Assembly (NCBI GenBank): GCA_964188305.1
Contig: OZ076903.1
Length of the DNA: 64,000 nucleotides
DNA from: Podarcis bocagei
Lineage: Eukaryota
Direction: 5' to 3' (one strand)
A program made the position numbers and the translations under genes. Positions 49,315 through 61,221 of this stretch are shown one piece after another; within the stretch, counting starts at the first letter, position 1, and the number at the start of each line of letters is the position of its first letter. The notes below the pieces were generated by a model. That model saw nothing but the letters and a program-made list of their open reading frames with translations, was not told the origin of the DNA and ran no database searches.

Positions 49315-49835
49315 ATGAATGAATGAATGAATGAATGAATGAATGAATGAATGAATGCACTATCGTGTCAAGACTGAACAGCAAGTGTTCTACCAATGTA
49401 GGTTCCTTCTTAGTTCTGTGCTTTACTTTCATATATACCTATTAACTTCCTCCCCGTTATTTACACAGCATTGTGAGGTGGCTGGTATATGGTTAATCAG
49501 AGCTCTGAAGATGCTGATTTTTTCTTAATGGCTGCAGCTCTTTCCTTGAATGGTCAATTCACCTGTATGTTATGTGCCTCAGAGAGAGCAAGCAGCATTG
49601 AAATGGGAATGAACAGAGACGAAATAAGCTTAAAATAGAGGATCCAGCCTTTCTGGGGAGAATCTTCTGCCTGAAGTAGGAGATAATCTTCTGGGAAACT
49701 TTCCAATCCTATAATTTTAAATGTGGGATCTGCTAAAACCAGTCTAACTAGGTAGAATTTTGAAGTTTACTTTCATAGACGTATCGTTTGTTACAATGTT
49801 TGCAGGTAGATAACAGAGAATGGCTAAAGAATATA

Positions 49836-50107
49836 AATTGGTACCTCAGGTTAATAACTTAATTCGTTCCGGAGGTCCGTTCTTAACCTGAAACCGTTCT
49901 TAACCGGAGGTACCACTTTAGCTAATGGGCCTCCCACTGCTGCCGCACGATTTCTGTTCTTCACCTGAAGCAAAGTTCTTAACCCGAGGTACTATTTCTG
50001 GCTTAGCAAGAGGCCCCATTAGTGAAAGCACGCCTCTAGTTAAGAACAGTTTCAGGTTAATAACGGACCTCCGGAATGAATTAGGTTCATAACTAGAGGT
50101 ACCACTG
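49836..50107. mobile_element. Tigger/mariner-like MITE
   Basis: Paralog of 22992-23264. Confidence 0.75.
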
Positions 50108-51615
50108 TATCAGCTTACGTACTTGCTTAAGAATGGAACAGAGAAGGTGCCTATGTTAGGATAGAATAATAGTATTGAAACAGGCGTTGAGGAGTTTCCT
50201 TCCTGTGTCTGGTCAGCCTGTTCAAGGTCTCCAGTTAGGCTGGTCTGATTACAGCCAGGAGGCCCTGAAAGGGAGGGGGAAAGAGGGAGGGGGGGAAAGA
50301 AAGAGCTTATAAAGAAATAAGAATCATCTCCTCTATGCGGCACTTCCATTCCTTTGTTTTGGACGTGTTCTGCCCTCTCTTTTGCTCAGCTGAATAAACG
50401 AGTGTTTGTTGGATCTCCTCTGTCTCTGGCTATTATTGATTCTCTGTGCCAAAGACAGCTGAGATTCGAATAATTAAACTTTTAATGAGTGGAAGAACCT
50501 CTGCTTCTTATTTGTGGTGGAGGAGGATTAACAACAGGCAAAATGCTTTTGCACTCAGCATCTCCCTGCCTCCCGCATTCCATATTGGAGTGGAAGCCAG
50601 GTACCGAGACGATCTGCAAGTGAAGTCAGTTCCCCCCTGGCCCGGGGGGGGGGGACAGACTTGCAAGTATAATTACTCACAATCATCCTTGTTTTCTCCT
50701 TCGCCAACGATCTCCCATTGTCATGGGAGCTGTCTCCATTAAGGCAGCCAGAACTGGAAGCTCTGTCTGCAGTGAAGTTAATACCTAACTACTTAAATGG
50801 AGAGTGCCATAGTGCTTCTTGTAGTACTTCTAAATTGATAGGAAGGAGCACAGATTTAGAGTAGTTGCTTTGCAATCCTGTTACCCTGTGATACATTTCT
50901 AACTGCCGCTTAGGTGGCTAAAGGCTGTTACTGGATTTTGCAAAGATGAAAGGGGGTCATCTGCCAACATACTCACCCTCTGTAGAAGGCGTCTTTGTAT
51001 AGCTGAATGCCTAGTATCCCCAGCAATGGCGACAGAGGGCAGCCCTTCTGGGTGTCCCTTAAGAGGTTAATAACCTGATTATGAAATCCATTGATTGCTT
51101 AAAGAGGTGCAAGAACTTAGAAAACAAGGAATCAATTCTTAAAAAAATTCTTCTATTGTCCTGCACAAGTAAACACCTTGCTTTATTTCTTTGAGCAATT
51201 AGAACCACGTCCCTCACAAACAGAATAAATTTATGAAATCATTTGATAGAAATCTCTGTTTGCACATGGATGAAAAATAATAATACTGGTGAACAAACAT
51301 TAATCAAGATAAACAAATCCTAAAAGAATCATGTATCACTGTTTGTTAAGCCAGATGCAAAGATGATATTTAGCACCACTGTCAAATTTGCGAATATGAC
51401 AGCAGAATATATGATATAGATTTAGTAATGGAATCTTTCCAGATGTGATTTGCATCCGAACAAAATCAACAAATGAAAATAGCTCGCTCCCCTCCCTGCA
51501 AGTTTCTCTATTCTTGAGAGAAGGCAGAAGTATTCTGCTCCCCACTGGTCATATAAAGAGCAGCATCAGCCTGTGCTAATATTACACATTACACTGGAAG
51601 AAACGCTTCAACTTC

Positions 51616-52533
51616 ATGCTTAGAAAGATGCCTACCTTATTTGAATTGTTTGGCTTCTTTCTTCTAGTGATTGAAACCCTCACAGGAATGGTGGGAAATG
51701 GATTCATTGCGATCGTTAACTGCATTGACTGGTTTAGAAGCCGAAAACTATCCTCAGCTGACATGATCCTGAGTTGTCTTAGCTTGTACAGATTTGCATT
51801 TCATGCCGTTCTGATGCAGGCTGCAATATTCAAACTCTTCTTCACGGACTCTTTTCTGATGCCGAAGATAAAAATTTCATCTGATTCCTCATGGATGTTT
51901 CTAAATACAGCTAGCCTTTGGTTTGCCGCTTGGCTCAGTGTTTTGTACTGTGTAAAAATCGTTAACTTCTCCCACCCTCTCTTCCTGCAAATGAAGCGGA
52001 GATTCCCTGGGCTCGTGCCTTGGCTGCTTCTGGGGACAGTGGTCTTCTCTGCAATCACCACCACTATGACAATAACAGGCATTATGACTAAATGTAATAT
52101 GTATGAATCACATCTAAACAATAACAATGACTCAGCAATTGACACTACCAATTCCTGTGAGTTTCTTATCCTACTAGATGTTTTTCCAAATTTCCCTCCT
52201 TTCATGATATTTTTGATCTCATCCATTTTATTACTAACTTCTCTGTGGAGGCACAAAAATCTTCTACGAAACAGTGCGAAGGATGTCAGCACAGAAGCTC
52301 ACCTGAATGCCATCAAAGCCCTGGCTTCTTTCTTCATTCTCTATGTATCTAACGTTTTTGTGTTAATCTTGTACATAGTTTTCATTTGGATGGGCTTTAA
52401 CAACAATGGGGTGCATTTAATTTTTCTTAATGTGTTTGCTGCATATTCCTCCGGTCATGCTCTTATCCTGATCTTCATCAGTCCGAAATTGAAACAGGAA
52501 TCAGTAAGGATTTTACATCAACTAAGATGCTGA
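51616..52533 (+). CDS. TAS2R: TAS2R copy 10, intact, 305 aa
   Basis: TAS2R motifs; octamer 51448-51455, TATA 51552-51557. Confidence 0.95.
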   Translation: [305 protein letters not shown]

Positions 52534-54985
52534 ACGAAGCATTGAAGGAAGGAAGGAAGGAAGGAAGGAAGGAAGGAAGGAAGGAAGGAAGGAATGCACT
52601 ATCGTGTCAAGGCTGAAGAGCAAGTGTTCTACCAGTATAGGTTCCTTCTTAGTTCTGTGCTTTACTTTCATATATACCTATTAACTTCATCCCCGTTATT
52701 TACACAGCATTGTGAGGTGGCTGGTATATGGTTAATCAGAGCTCTGAAGATGCTGATTTTTTCTTAATGGCTGCAGCTCTTTCCATGAATGGTCAATTCA
52801 CCTGTATGTTATGTGCCTCAGAGAGAGCAAGCAGCATTGAAATGGGAATGAACAGAGACAAAATAAGCTAAAAGTAGAATATCCAGCCTTTCTGGGGAGA
52901 ATCTTCTACCTGAAGTAGGAGATAATCTTCTGGGACACTTTCCAATCCTGTAATTTTAAATGTGGGATCTGCTAAAACCAGTCTAACTAGGTAGAATGTT
53001 GAAGATTACTTTCGTAGATGTATCGTTTGTTACAATGTTTGCAGGTAGATAGCAGAGAATGATTAAGGAATATACAGATATTGTATCTGAAAACCAGGGA
53101 CAGGCGGGAACACACATCACTTGCAGCTCTCACTCCGGTATGGATTGTGGGAGACACAGAGGCACTGAGTGCAAAAGCACTTTGCCTGCCGATAATCCTC
53201 CCATGCTGCCATTAAGAAACAGGTTGTCCTGTTAATTAGAGCTTAATTTAGACTAATGTACATGATTGTGCTAGAAGAGATGAGATCATAAACTGCGGAA
53301 CTGAACCAGCTGCAAGGTCTTTAAGGTCTGAACTTGAAAGAAGACGTCATTCAGTACAAAAGGCGGTGGAGGGGAGGGGAGCCTATGGCTTCTTTATATG
53401 AAGTTTTCTTCTCTATATTCATGATTCGGCAACCCTCCCTTAAATGCCAATTCAGATTGTATATGTCCAAGTGAGGAGGGATGAAACTGGATTGTAGATA
53501 TGAAATATAACATTAAATGGAACTGTGTGTGTAAAAAAAAAAGAAAAAGGGAGGGAAGCTCTATGTTGCAAGAGGTTTACGATGGAAGCTTAGAGCTGAC
53601 TCTTCCCCATCCTTTATTATTTACAGACTGAACAATGTTAAAAGGACTTGGAATTCTTTTAACTGGAAGTACAACTGCTCCGTTATCTCCAGCTGAACGG
53701 AAGGATGAAAGGAATCTGCAAACATGCCAAGGAACTGATAAGGTTCATTACTGGGACAGTCTGATTTTTTTGCAGCTGTTGTCATATTTGCACAACAACA
53801 AAGTGCGGGATGGAGCAATGGAGAAATTTCTGAAACAACAATGGGATATTAGCTCCACCCAAGGCATGAGGGAGAACAGCAACAACCGGGAAAAGAGAAA
53901 CATAACATTTTACAAGGACAGGAAGAAACATCACAGACAGAATAATTGTCACACACAGGAAGAACAAAGATATAGTTTTAGTGCCTCACTTGTAGTTTCA
54001 TAAATCATTTAATGTTTCAACACAAATAGAAATTAATAATGCAGTTATTGTATATGGGATTATTATTGTGATTGTAATGTAATTGAAATTAATAAGATTT
54101 TGGAATGCAGAATTAAAGAAAATCATCAAACCATCAATTCTAGCATGCATTAGACCACCTAAATTATATCATTTGGTATTTGAATGATTGGTACTAGTTA
54201 TCGTATTATAATTTGGCATTGTTATAATGAGGCTATTATCGGACTGTAATTGAAAACTAATAAAAATTATTATCAAAAAGAAAGAAAGAAAAGAAAAGGA
54301 GGTGCTGCAAGCAAGGGATCTGTATAAATAACAAAAGCCCGACAGTTTTGACTCAGGCTGTGTACGCATTACCATTTCCCCCCAGCTCTAATTCTAGCGC
54401 ACTCCCACCACTGGTGTTTGAATCCAAGCACACGTGACTGAAGCCACAATCCGTATGTGTCCTGCAGCATCTTGAGAAGTGCTGATGTTCAATGTCTTTC
54501 CCCTCAAACCAGCTTCCATTTGATAGAAAGCTTCAAGTTGTGGTTTCTTTTTTAATTTTTTTCATTTATTATGTTTGCTAGTCCACTCTCTGGAGGAGGA
54601 ACGGGGCTATGGAGAGCGTGGACCGCCCCCGGCACCACTATTCCAGTAGGGTGCCATCGGGGCGGCCTTGCTTCCAGACCTGGATTTTCAAACTTTCTGT
54701 CTGGGATGGGTGTGGGGGGAGAGAGAGATATCTCTACCACATTATTGCATGCATCCAGACAACAGTGCCTACCTACCTACCTACCTACCTCTCTGCACTG
54801 GCGTACGAAGGCAGGGCAGTGGAGCGCACTGACCCAGGCACCATTTGGGGAAAGACTGCCATCGCGGCCACCCCCCTGGGACATGTGCCACATGCCGCGC
54901 CCTCCTGGGATGCATGTCACGCCCCCGGGATGTGCGCCAACCACGCCCCCGCCTGTTCTGGGTCTGGGGGCTGCAGCATTTTGCT

Positions 54986-55442
54986 CCGCCACTGCCACTC
55001 TTCCACCACGGCCTCCTCTTCCACCTCTCGGATGTCCTTTTTCACCTTGGGGCCTTGGCAAAAATCTCTGCAGAGGGAGCAATTTTGCTGAATCGATAGA
55101 AAACTTTTGCAACTTTTTGAAGGAAGCAGCTTTCATGTTTTCCGACAATTTGACTGAAAAATAAAAGTCTCTGAGCTGCCCAAAGATTTCATCCACTTTC
55201 CCAATCTGTTCCTTATTTTCTAAATAGACGGGTGCATTGAAATAAGGTACTTTGCTCTCCTAAGTTACACATTTGCAAACAATGTCATCTTCACAGGGGT
55301 GCATAAACTCTCCCAGGATGGCTACACTTTCTGGAGGTCCTTGGTCATGTGATCTGTTTAAGCCTCCTCGTCCACCACCTCCATGGCAAAATCCACCTCT
55401 CCCACCACCCCATCCAACTCTACTGAAGACCCCACCGCCACC
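54986..55442 (-). pseudogene. GAR1: GAR1 (H/ACA snoRNP subunit 1) processed pseudogene, partial
   Basis: Minus-strand translation [115 protein letters not shown]; intronless; stop at 55260-55262. Confidence 0.92.
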
Positions 55443-55650
55443 TATAACGCAAACACATTATCCATCTATAAAACTTGGGGTGGGGGGTTCTTGGAATCCT
55501 GCCACAAAATGAATAAAAACAATTTCAAAAAAATTCCCTGATGCTTTATTGGCTTACCCCACTTCCCAGTTCAGAGGACTGGCTGGCCCAGCAAATATGT
55601 TCTAGGGGTTGAAAAGCTGATTAGCCAAGAAAGCCTTTGAATCAAGCTTA

Positions 55651-55652
<2 letters not shown>

Positions 55653-55708
<56 letters not shown>

Positions 55709-55825
55709 TTATTATTTACACACCCAGCCACTCTGTATGGCTTCCAACAAAGTATTAAAAATACAGTAAACCACCCGACATTTAAAATTTCCCTAAACAG
55801 CCTTCAGATGTCTTTTAAAAGTCAT
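55653..55825 (-). mobile_element. L2 LINE 3' end (minus) with (AAT)n microsatellite tail at 55653-55708
   Basis: Reverse-complement homology to 60428-60545 (ccctaaacag, cagccactctg, cttccaaca). Confidence 0.65.
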
Positions 55826-56767
55826 TTAACATTTTGTGGCAGCAATAAGAACTACAGAAGGAAGGACTGTGTTAAAGGATTTTGTGAGCCCATTCAAAGT
55901 GAGTCCCAGATGAGATGGGAAGGGTGATGATGAGACAAATAACAAACACCACAACAGATATTTGGAATTGAAAATGTCCACAATTTTATTGATTACAGAT
56001 GATGGTAAGTATTGGTGCAGGCACTGGATGTGTATCCTAAACCAGCCTTGTTCCAGAAGGGTGGTGTTAAACAGGGTCATGGCTGGGTTAAGGGTCACCA
56101 AAAGATGCAGGTCCACAGTTGTGGAAACCCCCCCCCCACCAGGCCACCACTGGGAAGATCTATGGCCCGTCTGCTCTGGACAGATTCTTCCGCCCAGACC
56201 CCTTTACTAGGGTACCTTGAATATCGTCCTCCTTGTAATGGGAGGAGGGAGATACACCATCTCACCACCCATCCAGGAATAGACTAAGAGTTCCACCCAA
56301 AGCCTTAACTGCCAAAGTTGTGACTATTGCTATGAGGAAGATAAAAACCTCCAGACAGGCCCGATTTTTCTGCAGGCGCAATTCCTTCACAGCCCCTAAT
56401 ATGGTGACCAATGATCTCCACAGCAAGGTCTTTAAGACAAGCAACCTACAGAACCAGAAGGCACAGCCCACATACAAGGTGGGCAGGCGGGTTGACCTGC
56501 CGCTGACTGCACTGCGGGTGTCCAGCTTAAATACCCCATTAGTGGACCAGAGTGAAGACTTGCTCCCTCCGGTTGGCCTCTGAAGCCCTGCCTCTCATGT
56601 TGCCCCCTCACTGGACAGTTTAAATCTTATATTTTGGCAGCGTATCCTGTCGTCCTCAGCGGCAGGCTGGCGCTTCAAGAAACAGCCAGCCATGAATACG
56701 GACGGGCCACCTTCTGTGGGGTGTGAAACACAGAGCGGTCAAATACAACATTACTAGAGTGGACATG

Positions 56768-57245
56768 TTTAGACATGGGGAGGGATGTTTGTTCAGCCGG
56801 TAGATAGACTTACTGTTTCCTCCTGGGCTGGGACAAACTTCCTCTACATGTGGCCAGAGGTGGGCGTGACTTCACCTGTGCAGGTAACAAAAGTACAGGA
56901 CTGGAAAGTACATCTCCCTCTTTTCCATTTTGCTTTCATCAAAGAAGCATCAGCCTGAGATGCTGTCTTGGCTGGAAGCTGGAAGTTCCAATGGAACTAT
57001 CCCATTATGGGATAGATTCCAGGTGTATATATTTTGTAAGTTAAGTCTGCCTTCTGAGATCCTTCTGTGAACAGAATGTGAGTAAACTATTTTATATACT
57101 TTTATATTCCTTTTGAGGAGGGAATAAAGGGGAATTACAAGAAAACTTATTTTAGAAGCATGTACAATCCTGGCAAATACATTATCCGCTGTGCATGTTT
57201 AAAAAGGGGGAATGTTACTCTGCTAAATTATAGAACTTGTTAACA
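56768..57245 (+). mobile_element. Possible solo LTR
   Basis: Ends ..TTAACA followed by catg, which also precedes the left edge; AGTAAA/AATAAA inside; left TG not intact. Confidence 0.35.
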
Positions 57246-58110
57246 CATGTTGGGAAGGATATAATTGATCAATATATCCTCTCCTGCATCCTTGAACATT
57301 CCCACACCTTTCCACTCCCCAAACCCAATAAGCCATGCCAGGTCACAACCATTAACCTCCCCAAGAAGGGTGTAAGTGATTTTTCTCCCCTATCCTGTCT
57401 CTCATGGTGCAGGCTACTGCCTGTGCTGTCATAGGTAACATGAAACTTCACATCCCTAGATGATGCTATAGGGCAAGGACCTCCAAGGCCACCTTCTGGA
57501 ATCCATACACCACCACCCCCAACAAAAATGGAACAAAACACAGTGCTCCCAAAGACGATATTTAGCACCTATGTGGATGTTGCTGTCACAGTCTTTTTAA
57601 TGTGAGCTATATACAAGTATTTACAAAAGCAGTTAATACAGAGTACCTGCACCTTAAGGCAAACGAATATTCTCCACCACAGCACCACCACACTACAGCA
57701 CAACCACAATTACTGTTGAACAGGCTTTCCTTTTAAAACAGGTGATAGCCAATCACATTCCTGCTGAGTCATTCTGACCCAGCACTTCACAGAGTATTGC
57801 ATCAGCCTGTTGAAGCCTGCAGACTTACTCGTCATCCTGCGAATCCCAACAGTTGCAACTATGACATCGGAACACATGATATTGATTTAGTAAAAGAATC
57901 TTTCCAGGTGTTGTCTTGGTTGTCTTCAATCCTGCCCTGGTTATATTCTTAAGGGGTTGAGGTTGTGCTAGATGATCTCCTTTGATTTTTAAGAGTGGGA
58001 TCTGCTAAACCAGTTGAAGCAGTCAGAATGCTGGGTGTTACTTTCATAGAAGTATCCCTTTTGTATACAGTTTGCAGGTAGGTAGCAGAGAATGACTAAG
58101 GAATGTGTAA

Positions 58111-60149
58111 ATTGGGTCCTCCTCCCAGAGGGCACATATTGTGGTGAGATCATCAGGACTGACCTCACCGCTGTGGTTGGGAATGATTGGGCAGCCACAA
58201 TGACCCAATTGGAAGTCCCAGGTTGCTAAGCAGATCTGGCCAATTCACTCAAAAATGTTGGCAAACTGTTGCAAACGATCCCCTGAAATGTTTTTCGGTG
58301 GAAACAGATGGGTTGAATTAACTGGGGACCTTTTATATACCGCTGCACTTTGCATTGAGCTTCCTCTTTTCACTTTGTGCACCAGACCTGAGATGGAGCT
58401 CAGTGAGAGAGAAAGAGTTCTTAAAAACTGGTTGAATATTTTCCTTTTATTACCCCTGTTCTTAGCTTAGAGGCTTTCTTTGCCCTTTCCCCTCTTTTCT
58501 GCCTCCCCCCTTTAATCCTCTTTCTCCCCCCTTCACCTTCCCCTCTCCCCTCTCCCCTATTTCTTAATTCTCCCCCATTTTAGAGCCTCCCTGGGATCGC
58601 CTGTTGCCTTGCCCCTCCAGCGCAGATTGCTCCTGTTTTCTGTGGCTGGGAGCCCATTGTTTTAATTCCCCCTTTTAGGAGGGCTGCACCCAGCTCGTTT
58701 TCCTTGGCAACACAGGTGTTTTTTTGGGGGGGGCTTTCCCTTCTCAGGAGGATTTGGCTGGCCTGATTGTTAATGGACGTTCTTCCTTAGCCCAGGAGCA
58801 TTTTTCTGGGTGCATGCATTTATTTTACCTGCCCTCTGAGGAGGTGGGGGGTGCCTGTTTAGTGCCTTAACTTTCATTGGAACGCCTATTTCTTGCACAA
58901 AGCGGCAGATACCATTTGTGGGAACCCCTGATTTTGGCGGGAGCACCATCTTGGATTGCTTGAGAGCGACAGATGCCATTTTGTGTGCTTCTAGTTTTGG
59001 CTCAAGTGCTATTTTGAATCCCCTTTAGGCAGCAGTCACCATCTTGGGGCCTTGGAATTTTAGTTTCATTGCCTTACTACTAGCCCCTCCTCAATTGCTT
59101 AAGCTTAATGCCTCCTAAGAGGATTTCAGTGTCCGCTGATGTTGCCTTGCCTCCTAAAAGAGCCATTAGAGGGCTTTTGAAATCCTTGAGATCGGATCGG
59201 TCATCCTTACCACCTGGCCAGGTGTCTAGCCAACTAGAGTCCATTATGTCGTGCTTGGCTGGGGACCCTCGGGCCTTGTCATGTTTTTATGCAGAATTCG
59301 ATGACCTACTGCAGCGTTTTAGTTCTGCTGGTGATTCTTACCCAGGGCCTTCCTCATCTATGGTCCTTGAGGCCCATGGTCCTTCTGATTCCAGTGAGGA
59401 AGGGGAGGGATTTCCACCATCCAGTCCTCTATTTAATGAGTCTCAATTTTCACGTATTCTTGTGCCTCCGCTTTATGCGGGCGCCTTAGGAGCCTGGATG
59501 TCCCCAGACAGCAGTGGGATGAGGGGTCTGAGTTGCCCTCCTGTATCTGTCCCCCAATCCAGGTCTTCGGAGGCTGGGAATTCTGCTGGGCCAGGGCCAG
59601 TCAGTCACTCACGCTCTTATAGTTCTTTGCAAACAATGGCTGGATCTTCCATCCAGGCACCCCCTCTGGCTTCCTCTGAGGAAGACAGTTTGCCGATTTC
59701 TAAGCAGCCTTCCACTGTGGGGAAGCATCACCGGAGGAAGCATTAAAAAAGCGTGCCAGGAGGTATCGAGATGGAGACCCCTCTTCTTCCACAGGTTCGT
59801 CTTCCTTGAGCACTGAGGAGGAGGAGGAAGCCTCCATGAATTTCTATTGGGGCTTTGGAAAGGCCATTCCTGGCCTCCCGAAATGGGCCTGGGACCGCAG
59901 GGCCAGTTCACATAGGGGCCTGGTTCAGGGCAACTCAGGAGTGCAAAGATGGTGCTCTGGTTGAGGAAGTTGAAATCTTCACCAACTCTGCCAGCCTAGT
60001 CGAACAAATGCCTAAACAAACCACTCACTTTCTGTAATCAATAAAGTTGTGGCAATAAACTTTAAAATTATGCCAATAACCTAAAACTAAATTCCATATC
60101 ATGTGCGAATTTATTTATTGAGGTGGCTCCTGGGGGTCTTCACGTGCAA
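58111..60149 (+). mobile_element. Second YR (Ngaro-like) retrotransposon family, internally deleted (5' region, gag-like ORF 59108-59746, 3' terminus)
   Basis: 3' end shares acaaatgcctaa..accactca..ctgtaatcaataaagttgtggc with 7543-7594; ends cacgtgcaa; interrupts TAS2R 3'-flank-like sequence without a TSD. Confidence 0.7.
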
Positions 60150-60427
60150 ATACTGTTCTGAAAAGAGGACGCTGCAGGCAAGGGGTTTGTATATAGAACA
60201 ATAGACTGACAGTTCCGAATCTGGCTGCCCATACGTTAGCATTCGCTCTGGTTAATGTGGTTTGAATCCCACGACCAAAGGTAGAGGCTGAGACATCTCC
60301 CCCAGCCGTTGGGTGCCCAAGAATGGTGGCCGGGCTGTGCCACACTGCAACAGACACATCACAATTCAGGTCAGGGAACAGGTGCATGGAATGGAAGGGG
60401 AAAGTCATTTTGGACAACAATTGTTGT

Positions 60428-60580
60428 TCCCTGTTTAGGGAAGCTTTTAATATCTGAAGGACTATCGTATTTTAATATTTTGTTGGAAGCTGCCCAGAGT
60501 GGCGGGGGGAACCCAGCCAGATGGGCAGGGTATAAATATATTATAACAACAACAACAACAGCAACAACAACAACAACAAT
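60428..60580 (+). mobile_element. L2 LINE 3' end with (ACA)n tail
   Basis: ccctgtttagggaag..gttggaagctgcccagagtggc..cagatgggcagggtataaat. Confidence 0.65.
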
Positions 60581-60888
60581 TTTTATATGCCTCCCATCTG
60601 ACTGGGTTGCAAGATTTCTCTATAAAAGCAGAAAACCTGGATAAAGTATTTTAATTTCATTAACCATATATTATGTTGAATGTACACATTCAGTTTCGGG
60701 GTTTTTAATTCTTCTAGCTTCTGCCTTTTTATGGAATACCACTCTATTGGTCTACATAATGTAACATCCCACTTTAATTATCCAGCTAATTAGAACAAAT
60801 ACCCATTTGATAAAGACATATGTTTTCAAATTGATTAATAATAATAATAATGGTAATACTGGTGGACAAAGATTAATCAAAATCAGCA

Positions 60889-60890
<2 letters not shown>

Positions 60891-60934
<44 letters not shown>
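60891..60934. repeat. (GT)22 microsatellite in upstream region of divergent TAS2R
   Basis: Direct. Confidence 0.95.
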
Positions 60935-60936
<2 letters not shown>

Positions 60937-61221
60937 CCAGATTCAAATATGATAATCAGCATGTCTATGGAATTTGCACACATGACATCAGAAGAGGCAA
61001 TATCGATTTAGTAATAGAATCCTTCCAGGGTTGATTTGCATCTGAACAGAATCAACAAATGAAAATAACTCCTCAGCTCTCTAAAACCTTTTCTGTCCTA
61101 GATAGAAGGCAGAGGTATTGTCCTCCACACAACTCAAATACATACAGTGTGGTGGCAGCAGCAGATGGTGCAAATATTACACATTACAACAGAGTTGACA
61201 TTCTCCTTCACGCTCAGAAAG

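Noticed and set aside
54571-55164. Pro-rich + strand ORFs
   Set aside because: Arise from a GC-rich repeat plus the antisense of the GAR1 retrocopy
59108-59746. 212-aa Ser/Pro-rich ORF as a host gene
   Set aside because: Lies inside the delimited YR-element remnant; best explained as a gag N-terminal region
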